From the NCBI RefSeq assembly GCF_008000775.2, contig NZ_CP042905.2, positions 1,380,001 to 1,412,000 on the forward strand: 32,000 bases of DNA. The letters run 5' to 3'. The DNA is from Promethearchaeum syntrophicum (lineage in GTDB: Archaea > Asgardarchaeota > Lokiarchaeia > Sigyniarchaeales > Promethearchaeaceae). Made by a program: the position numbers and the translations under genes. Shown here one piece after another: positions 25,678 through 32,000 of this stretch. A model generated the notes under the pieces. That model was given only the letters and a program-made list of their open reading frames with translations. It was not told the DNA's origin and did no database searches. How positions within the stretch are numbered: the stretch's first letter is position 1; every line of letters starts with the position of its first letter.

Positions 25678-26226
25678 ATGGATCTTCAATTTAAGAGATT
25701 AAATGAAAAATACCTTGAAAAAGTAAGAAATTGGAGAAATAATTCAGAAATTTCACAATATATGTATACAAATCATGAAATAACCAAAGAAGAACATTTA
25801 AATTGGTATCATAATTACGTTCAAAAAGGAAAAATTCATTTTTGGATTGTAATCCTAAATGGAATTCCTATTGGAGCTATAAATATATCTAATATTGATA
25901 AAGTGAATAAAAGATGCTTTTGGGCATATTATTTAGCAGATAGTAGTGTTCGAGGTAAAGGTTTAGGAAAAATAATTGAATTAAATGTATATAAGTATGT
26001 TTTTGAAGAAATGAAAATGAATAAATTATGCTGTGAAGTCTTAAAATCAAATGATATTGTAGTGAAAATTCATCAAAAATATGGTTCCGTTATCGAAGGT
26101 GTATTTAAACAACATATTTTTAAAAATGGTCATTTTCAAGATATTGTTTGTATGGCTATTATTCAATCAAGTTGGGAAGAGAAAAAAATTTTTTTTAATT
26201 TTCCAATTATAGCTTTTGAGAAATGA
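25678..26226 (+). CDS. pseH: PseH-like GNAT N-acetyltransferase
   Basis: 182 aa. LQFKRLNEKYLEKVRNWRNNSEISQYMYTNHEITKEEHLNWY matches the PseH family opening (WRN...i...m......I..eeH..W). GNAT core: RGKGLGKIIE. Confidence 0.75.
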   Translation: MDLQFKRLNEKYLEKVRNWRNNSEISQYMYTNHEITKEEHLNWYHNYVQKGKIHFWIVILNGIPIGAINISNIDKVNKRCFWAYYLADSSVRGKGLGKIIELNVYKYVFEEMKMNKLCCEVLKSNDIVVKIHQKYGSVIEGVFKQHIFKNGHFQDIVCMAIIQSSWEEKKIFFNFPIIAFEK

Positions 26227-26232
26227 GAGATT

Positions 26233-26990
26233 ATGAAAATTGGAGAAATAATTCAAGCATTAAAGTCAACTACAAGACTCTCCCAATCAATTCAAATAAT
26301 ATGGTTATTGATCATGTTATTAATCGGTTTAAAAAATCTATTAAGATAAATAAAATTATATTAGCGGCTTCTAATCATCCTGAAGATTATGAATTAAAAC
26401 ATAATGTAAAAGAATTAGATTTTCTTTTTTCAAGGTGATTTAGAAGATGAGCTAGCCCGATATTATGAATGTGCAAAATTTTATAATTTAGATCACATTT
26501 TAAGAATAAAAAACGATTGTCTTCGTATTAATCATCAAATTATAAACAAAGGAATTGAATTTATTTTTGAATCCAAAGTCGATTACATATCTACAGAAAC
26601 TGGTTCCGAGAGAATATTTCCACTTGGAATAAATTTTGAAGTTTTTTTTTTAATACTCTTAATAAAGAACACATAAATATAACAGAAAAGAAAAACAGAG
26701 ATCATGTATGTACCTATATTTACCAAAACTATCCAAGCAAATTTAAAATTGCAAAATTAGAGGCAGAACAAAAAGAATATTGTCCAGATATTCGATTTAC
26801 ACTTAATATAAGTCCAGATTATATCATATTAAACTCAGTTTTTAGGTATTTGTATGGGAATTTTGTTGATTTCAGATGCTCATTGCTAGTATCTATTTTA
26901 AAAAATTATCCATAGCTGAAACTACTTAATCCTCAGATTTATGAAATTAAAACCTTAAAAATGAAAAAGATGAGATTGAAAGCTCAATAA
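26233..26990 (+). pseudogene. Multiply frameshifted paralogue of the SpsF-type cytidylyltransferase at 28389..29150
   Basis: Homology to the intact gene can be followed through four frame segments. Segment 1: MKIGEIIQALKSTTRL (compare MKKIIVVVQARLGSTRLPGK). Segment 2: PINSNNMVIDHVINRFKK..KIILAASNHPEDYELKHNVKELDFLF (compare LLWYLFERLRAL..TLLLATSD...EKFAKENDILIY). Segment 3: FQGDLEDELARYYECAKFYNLDHILRIKNDCLRINHQIINKGIEFIFESKVDYIS (compare YRGSENDVLDRFYQASKEFKADIIVRITGDCPLIDPKVIDRGLDLYLHNKYHYIS). Segment 4: EKKNRDHVCTYIYQNYPSKFKI...IRFTLNISPDYIILNSVFRYL (compare SEREHVTPFIYNNPEIFKRF...YRLTVDEPEDFVVISEILKHF). Shifts lie near 26280, 26430 and the T10 tract at ~26642-26651. An in-frame TAG lies at 26913-26915. 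The track ORF 26223..26438 is one of these fragments. Confidence 0.8.
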
Positions 26991-27042
26991 AAATATTAGA
27001 TTTGCAATGGGCAAACGGAATCTTAAAAAAACTAGCATGAAA

Positions 27043-28092
27043 TTATTCCAACATTTCCCATGATAATGGCAATCCTTTTGTCAATTTGTAACGAGTTTTT
27101 TTATTTAACACGTCGTTGTAATACTTGGGTGCTAAACCATCTGCGGGTCTTATTATTTTTATATTTTTACTGGTAATTATTTCTCCCTTCTCAATATCTT
27201 TCGATATAAATATTGATCTTCTTTTTGCCCTATTCATTTTTTCCTGAGATGATAAATCAAAACTTATTTTTCCAATTGCTTTTTCTGCTAATCTAATATT
27301 ATTGACCATTTCTTTGAATTCATGAGGTTCCATTGAGAAAAACGAATCTGGAGTTTTAAACTCACGAGTTAAACAAAAATGTTTCTCAATAACATTAGCC
27401 CCCAAAACCACAGCAGTGATAGCTGCAACATCACCCATAGAATGATCAGAAAAACCAATAGGAAGATTAAACATTTTTTTTAAAGCAAGTATAGTTTTTA
27501 AATTTAGATTTTCTGATACTGCAGGATATGTACTAGAACATTTCAACAAACATACTTGATCGTTTTTTTGTTGTTTAATAACATTTAAAGCTTCTTCGAT
27601 TTCTCCAAGAGTCGCCATTCCTGTAGAAATAATAATTGGTTTTCCTTTTTCAGCAATATATTTTATTAGTGGAAGATCGTTCAATTCAAAAGAAGCAATC
27701 TTATAAAATTCGATATTGATAGATTCTAAGAAGTCAACTGCTGATATATCAAATGGAGTTGAAAAAAAATCAATTCCTACTTTTTCTGCTTCTTTTTTTA
27801 AATCAGATTGCCATTTCCAAGGAGTATGTGCTTGTTGATATAAATTGTATAGATATTGTCCTTTCCAGGCTCCAGAAGATAATTGGAAATATTTTTTATT
27901 CGAATCCAAAGTCATTGTTTCTGCTGTATAAGTTTGTAATTTTATACAGTCTGCACCCGCTTTAGCTGCTGCATGAATAATTTCAATCGCTTTTTGATAT
28001 GAACCACCGTGATTTGCAGACATTTCTGCGATTATATAAGAAGAATGTCCTTCCCCAATAATATTATTACCCACTTTGAAAGAGTTTTTCAT
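27043..28092 (-). CDS. pseI: Pseudaminic acid synthase-like nonulosonate synthase (NeuB/PseI family)
   Basis: IIAEMSANHGGSYQKAIEIIHAAAKAGADCIKLQTYTAETMTL. The E-x-SANH variant is the one I associate with PseI rather than NeuB/LegI (AE.G.NH.G). A C-terminal SAF/antifreeze-like domain is present (GEIITSKNIKIIRP). I prefer the ATG at 28092 over the GTG at 28101 used in the track. Confidence 0.8.
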   Translation of the reverse strand: MKNSFKVGNNIIGEGHSSYIIAEMSANHGGSYQKAIEIIHAAAKAGADCIKLQTYTAETMTLDSNKKYFQLSSGAWKGQYLYNLYQQAHTPWKWQSDLKKEAEKVGIDFFSTPFDISAVDFLESINIEFYKIASFELNDLPLIKYIAEKGKPIIISTGMATLGEIEEALNVIKQQKNDQVCLLKCSSTYPAVSENLNLKTILALKKMFNLPIGFSDHSMGDVAAITAVVLGANVIEKHFCLTREFKTPDSFFSMEPHEFKEMVNNIRLAEKAIGKISFDLSSQEKMNRAKRRSIFISKDIEKGEIITSKNIKIIRPADGLAPKYYNDVLNKKTRYKLTKGLPLSWEMLE

Positions 28093-28242
28093 TAGATTCA
28101 CATTTTTTTCATTTGTTTTTAAAGAATTTTTTTTTCAATTATTTTTTTTACATCAATTCAAAAAAAGAACATTTCACCTTCTATTAATAATTGTTATTAT
28201 AACCATCAGTAGAATATATAATAATAATAATAATTGAAAATG

Positions 28243-28254
28243 AAATCATGATTT
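28243..28254. promoter_or_regulatory. Perfect 12-nt palindrome AAATCATGATTT in the divergent pseI / cytidylyltransferase intergenic region; candidate operator
   Basis: Read directly from the sequence. It is nested in a wider inverted repeat, AATGAAAT...ATTTCATT (28239-28265), and lies ~150 nt from the pseI start and ~135 nt from the 28389 start. Confidence 0.3.
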
Positions 28255-28388
28255 GTAATTTCATTAGTTATTTTACGATATTAATAAAAATTTCTTCCTA
28301 TTATATCTACTTTCCGAAATCAACAAACATATTTGATTAAATGAATTAATTCTAAAATATTAAAAACTTTTAGAAATTTTAAATCATT

Positions 28389-29150
28389 GTGAAGAAAATA
28401 ATTGTAGTTGTACAAGCTCGATTAGGCTCAACTCGACTCCCGGGTAAAGTTTTAAAAGAAGTTGAAGGTAAACCACTTCTTTGGTATCTATTTGAAAGAT
28501 TAAGGGCATTAAAACATGAAGTTACTTTATTGTTGGCAACATCAGACGCTCTCATAAACAAACCTTTAGAGAAATTTGCCAAAGAAAATGACATTTTAAT
28601 CTATAGAGGAAGCGAAAATGATGTTTTAGATCGATTTTATCAAGCCTCGAAAGAATTTAAAGCTGATATAATAGTCAGAATAACAGGAGATTGTCCATTA
28701 ATCGACCCTAAAGTAATCGACCGTGGATTAGATTTGTATTTGCATAATAAATATCATTATATTAGTAATGGACATCCTCCCACTTATCCTGATGGATATG
28801 ATACCGAAATATTTTCATTTGAGGTATTGGAAAATATGTGGAAGAATGCTTTGAAAAATTCTGAAAGAGAACATGTAACTCCTTTTATTTATAATAATCC
28901 GGAGATTTTTAAAAGATTTAATATTGAATATAAGGAAGACTGGTCGAAATACAGACTAACAGTTGATGAACCCGAGGATTTTGTTGTTATATCAGAAATT
29001 TTAAAACATTTCAAGAAAGATTGGCCAATCGCTTCAATGGAAGATATTATTGAATACTTAAATAATAATGAACATTTATTAAATGCTAACGAAAATATTA
29101 AGAGAAATGAAGGTTATGAAAAATCATTAAATATTGATTTTAAAATTTAG
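28389..29150 (+). CDS. SpsF-type cytidylyltransferase-family protein (acylneuraminate cytidylyltransferase superfamily)
   Basis: (GTG start) MKKIIVVVQARLGSTRLPGKVL...RGSENDVLDRFY...IVRITGDCPLIDP are the SpsF/COG1861-style motifs. It is distinct from NeuA/PseF-type openings (PARGGSK). Confidence 0.75.
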   Translation: MKKIIVVVQARLGSTRLPGKVLKEVEGKPLLWYLFERLRALKHEVTLLLATSDALINKPLEKFAKENDILIYRGSENDVLDRFYQASKEFKADIIVRITGDCPLIDPKVIDRGLDLYLHNKYHYISNGHPPTYPDGYDTEIFSFEVLENMWKNALKNSEREHVTPFIYNNPEIFKRFNIEYKEDWSKYRLTVDEPEDFVVISEILKHFKKDWPIASMEDIIEYLNNNEHLLNANENIKRNEGYEKSLNIDFKI

Positions 29151-29163
29151 AATGGGAATCAAA

Positions 29164-30477
29164 ATGAAGACAATTAGTCAAGAATTGTATAAAAAAGCTA
29201 AAAAAATAATCCCAGGAGGAACTCAACTTTTGAGTAAAAGACCTGAAATATACCTTCCTGAGTTATGGCCTGCATATTTTGAAAAGGCAAAAGGTGTAGA
29301 GATTTGGGACTTAGATGGAAATAAATATGTAGATATGACAAATATGAGTGTTGGGGCCTGTACTTTAGGATATTCAGACGAAGATGTTGATAATGCAGTT
29401 ATAAATAGTATTAAAAAGGGTACAATGTCTACTTTAAATTGCCCTGAAGAAGTTGAATTGGCAGAATTGTTATTGAAAATCCACCCTTGGGCAGAATCAG
29501 TAAGATTTGCTCGGACGGGAGGTGAAATAGCTGCAATCGCCATACGAATTGCACGAGCTTATTCTAAAAAGGATAAAATCGCATTCTGTGGTTATCACGG
29601 ATGGCATGATTGGTATTTAGCAAGTAATTTATCAAAAGACAGTAATTTAGATGGTCATCTGCTTCCAGGTTTAAAGCCTACAGGCGTACCTAGATCATTA
29701 ATTGAATCAGCAATACCCTTTGAATTTAATAAAATTGAACAACTTGAAAAGATAGTAGAAAAAAACGATGATATAGGTGTGATTATTTTAGAACCTATGA
29801 GACATGATAAACCAGAAAATGGTTTTCTAGAAAAAATTAGAGATATTTCTACTAAAATAAATGCAGTTCTTATATTCGATGAAATTTCTATTGGATGGCG
29901 AATAAATGTTGGGGGAGTTCATTCAAAATTTGGAGTTAATCCTGATATAGCCATCTTTGCAAAAGCTATGGGAAATGGATATCCAATTGCAGCGGTAATA
30001 GGAAATAGAAAAGTCATGAATGCTACTCAAGATACTTTTATAAGTAGTACTTATTGGACTGGAAGAGTAGGTCCTACTGCAGCAATTGCTACAATCAAGA
30101 AGATGCAAAATCTTAATGTTCCTGCACATTTAGACAAAATTGGGAAATTAATTGGAGAAGGCTGGCAAAAAATTGCAAGAAAAAATGAAATAGATATTAC
30201 AATTCATAAACCAAATTGTTTAATTAGCTTTACCTTTGAATATCCAAATACAAAAGAATTAATGACTCTTTTTATTCAAGAAATGTTGAAGCGGAATTAT
30301 CTTGCAGGAACATGTGTTTATGTAAGTTATGCTCATACTGAACAAGTTGTTTCAGCATATCTCAAAGTAATTGATGAAGTATTTGGAATTCTTTCAACAG
30401 CAATAAAAAATGGTAACATCTTAAAATTAATCGAAGGACCTTTAAAGCATGATGGATTCCAACGATTAGTCTCTTAA
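29164..30477 (+). CDS. Class-III PLP aminotransferase, glutamate-1-semialdehyde aminomutase (HemL)-like
   Basis: AKKIIPGGTQLLSKRP...RFARTGGEIAAIAIRIARAY...ILEPM...LIFDEISIGWR...PDIAIFAKAMGNGYPIAAV (PLP Lys). The start could also be the ATG at 29152, and the TTG at 29134 in the track overlaps the upstream gene. Confidence 0.8.
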   Translation: MKTISQELYKKAKKIIPGGTQLLSKRPEIYLPELWPAYFEKAKGVEIWDLDGNKYVDMTNMSVGACTLGYSDEDVDNAVINSIKKGTMSTLNCPEEVELAELLLKIHPWAESVRFARTGGEIAAIAIRIARAYSKKDKIAFCGYHGWHDWYLASNLSKDSNLDGHLLPGLKPTGVPRSLIESAIPFEFNKIEQLEKIVEKNDDIGVIILEPMRHDKPENGFLEKIRDISTKINAVLIFDEISIGWRINVGGVHSKFGVNPDIAIFAKAMGNGYPIAAVIGNRKVMNATQDTFISSTYWTGRVGPTAAIATIKKMQNLNVPAHLDKIGKLIGEGWQKIARKNEIDITIHKPNCLISFTFEYPNTKELMTLFIQEMLKRNYLAGTCVYVSYAHTEQVVSAYLKVIDEVFGILSTAIKNGNILKLIEGPLKHDGFQRLVS

Positions 30478-30479
30478 TT

Positions 30480-31433
30480 TTAAACAACCCATTTTGAGGG
30501 GTTTACAATTTTTTCTTCTACTTCAGTAAAAGCATTCAAAATCTCTATTTTTACTTTTTCTCCTAAGGGAGGGAGATTTAAATAATTCAAATTTTCTTTT
30601 AACTGATCTAAATTGTCAACACCCATGATTATGCTTGAGATTTCTTTCATATCTCGAACAAAACAAAATGAAAGTTGAGCAATAGATAAATCGGCCCTTT
30701 TAGCAATTTCTGCAAGTTTGTGTAAATGATGTGCTGCGATTTTTAGTGTATCGGGGAGTTCCTTTGGGTTCATAAATATAAGTCCTTGTAAGAAAACACT
30801 TCGTGCAAAAATAATTTTGTTTTTGAAATGAAGTTCCTTTAATAATCCAGTTTTAATTAGACGGTGATCCAAGATATTTATTGGTATTTGTATCACATCT
30901 AATTCTTCTTTCTCCAAAAATAGCTTCACTTCATCAGGATTATAAATTGATACACCAATATGATTAAGATAACCTTCTTCTCTAAGTCTAATTAATGCTT
31001 CTACAATTTTTCCATTTAATTTATGGATATCCTCTGCGTTATGTAATAGGAAATAAGGAATTTTATCAAGATGAAGTCTATTAAGGGATTCAATCACAGA
31101 GTTTTTAATTTTTTTAAAAATTTCATCTTCATTTCCCAAGATCTCAAAAGGAGATAATTTTGTTATGATTTCTGGGGTATTTTGAGATTTATCTGATGAA
31201 AAATTTCTTATAAAATTACCAATAATTACTTCAGAATTTCCATAAGCTGGAGCAGTATCAAACATATTAATTCCTTGATCATAAGCGAATTCTAAGATTT
31301 TTTGCGAATCTTTTTCTGTTGGTTTTCCCGTACGATTAGCGATTCCATATTTAATTCCCAATTGAACAGTTCCCAAAGTTATTTTTGATATTGAAGTTTT
31401 GGAAACATTATTCCTTCTTAAATCCATATCCAT
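30480..31433 (-). CDS. Aldo/keto reductase family oxidoreductase
   Basis: ITLGTVQLGIKYG...ILEFAYDQGINMFDTAPAYGNSE...LLHNAED...IGVSIY is the classic AKR motif series. It is convergent with the aminotransferase, with only 2 nt between the two stop codons. Confidence 0.8.
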   Translation of the reverse strand: MDMDLRRNNVSKTSISKITLGTVQLGIKYGIANRTGKPTEKDSQKILEFAYDQGINMFDTAPAYGNSEVIIGNFIRNFSSDKSQNTPEIITKLSPFEILGNEDEIFKKIKNSVIESLNRLHLDKIPYFLLHNAEDIHKLNGKIVEALIRLREEGYLNHIGVSIYNPDEVKLFLEKEELDVIQIPINILDHRLIKTGLLKELHFKNKIIFARSVFLQGLIFMNPKELPDTLKIAAHHLHKLAEIAKRADLSIAQLSFCFVRDMKEISSIIMGVDNLDQLKENLNYLNLPPLGEKVKIEILNAFTEVEEKIVNPSKWVV

Positions 31434-31551
31434 ATTTGCAATACTTAAAAATTAAATGTTGGTATTTTTGAAAGGATTGAAATTTTCTTGTAAAAAATAT
31501 ATTTCAACAACAAATATAAACTTTAATTTGATTCAGATATAGTATTTTAAT

Positions 31552-32000
31552 ATGAATAAAAAAGATATCAGAATTAATGGAGAAAGAATTTATCTTGTTC
31601 CTTTAACAGTTGAATATGCCAGTGAAAAATATTGTTCTTGGCTTAATGATCCAGTTGTAAACAAATATCTGGATACAAAAAATGCAACGATTGAAAACTT
31701 GCAAAAATATATTAAATCGAAATATGAAGATCCAAATTGTTTATTCTTTGGAATATTTGATAAAAAAACTAATAAACATATAGGAAACGTTAAGTTAGAA
31801 CCCATAGATTTCAATTTAAAAACTGCTGTTTTAGGTACACTTATTGGAGAAAAAAATTATTGGGGGATGGGAATTGCCCCAGAAGTTTATAAATATTTAT
31901 TGAAATATGCTTTTGATGAATTAAAACTAGAAACTATTACTGCAGGTATGTATAAAGGCATTGTTGGTGCTCTTAAAGCGGTTAAAAAAGTAGGTTTTAA
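31552..32000 (+). CDS. GNAT (RimJ/RimL-like) N-acetyltransferase, 3' end beyond the window
   Basis: Absent from the ORF track because there is no stop in the window. ATG at 31552: MNKKDIRINGERIYLVPLTVEYASEKYCSWLNDPVVNKYLDTK...HIGNVKLEPIDFNLKTAVLGTLIGEKNYWGMGIAPEVYKYLLKYAFDELKLETI. The 31590..31814 minus-strand ORF is antisense to it. Confidence 0.75.
   Translation, partial: MNKKDIRINGERIYLVPLTVEYASEKYCSWLNDPVVNKYLDTKNATIENLQKYIKSKYEDPNCLFFGIFDKKTNKHIGNVKLEPIDFNLKTAVLGTLIGEKNYWGMGIAPEVYKYLLKYAFDELKLETITAGMYKGIVGALKAVKKVGF

Noticed and set aside
5407-26000. Apparent GC drop in the central part of the window as evidence of horizontal acquisition
   Set aside because: Spot counts suggest soluble enzymes run at ~30-35% GC throughout, including gmd, wecE and colD in the centre. 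The very low values come from intergenic DNA and Phe/Ile/Leu/Lys/Asn-rich membrane proteins. Composition alone therefore does not support a foreign origin, and I could not compute it properly.
26223-26438. 71-aa ORF as a stand-alone gene
   Set aside because: It is one frame segment of the frameshifted spsF-like pseudogene (26233..26990). Its first ~20 residues are out-of-frame readthrough.
27753-31814. Short ORFs 27753..27965, 28379..28594, 29223..29543, 29923..30129 and 31590..31814
   Set aside because: They are antisense to pseI, the cytidylyltransferase, the aminotransferase and the GNAT gene respectively.
1-32000. Search for tRNA/rRNA genes, CRISPR repeats, IS elements, integrases and toxin-antitoxin or defence genes
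   Set aside because: I saw no GC-rich structured segments, no regularly spaced direct repeats, no transposase- or integrase-like translations and no terminal inverted repeats. The window is a biosynthetic island without evident mobility genes.

Overview
This very AT-rich window (roughly 25-30% GC by eye) uses the standard genetic code. It is almost entirely a cell-surface glycan biosynthesis island. I count 28 apparently intact CDS, two of them truncated by the window edges, plus three decayed gene remnants. I found no rRNA, tRNA, CRISPR array, transposase or integrase. Whether the host is a bacterium or an archaeon cannot be decided from the sequence alone. Recognisable nucleotide-sugar pathways: (i) dTDP-L-rhamnose, encoded by an rmlB-rmlD-rmlA-rmlC operon on the minus strand at 2068-5406. 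(ii) A GDP-mannose branch, with manC at 909, gmd at 6003, an fcl/colC-like gene at 18457 and a ColD-type 3-dehydratase at 23263; together these could yield GDP-fucose and/or GDP-colitose. (iii) A WecE-type dTDP-4-amino-4,6-dideoxyhexose transaminase at 17278. (iv) A pseudaminic-acid-like nonulosonate set: pseG-like at 24563, pseH-like at 25678 and pseI-like at 27043. This set is coupled to a poorly characterised module (SpsF-type cytidylyltransferase, HemL-like class-III aminotransferase, aldo/keto reductase, GNAT) at 28389-32000. The most unusual part is 7.4-21.4 kb. It holds an ArnC-like polyprenyl-phosphate glycosyltransferase and two copies of an ArnE/ArnF-like small-membrane-protein pair, one of them half-decayed. 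It also holds an ATP-grasp ligase next to a hexapeptide acetyltransferase, an acyltransferase-3 membrane protein, and three large orphan polytopic membrane proteins (427-645 aa) that look like GT-C-type transferases. No Wzx, Wzy, Wzz, ABC exporter or initiating phosphoglycosyltransferase is visible. This suggests a lipid-carrier-mediated extracytoplasmic decoration system rather than a classical repeat-unit polysaccharide locus. Three paralogue remnants lie next to intact partners: an fcl fragment after gmd, an arnE-like gene with in-frame stops, and a multiply frameshifted spsF-like gene. A 14-nt poly-A tract lies inside the pseG-like gene. Together these point to cassette shuffling and possibly phase variation. 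All functional calls rest on motifs and family resemblance read by eye from the translations. None has been checked by a database search.
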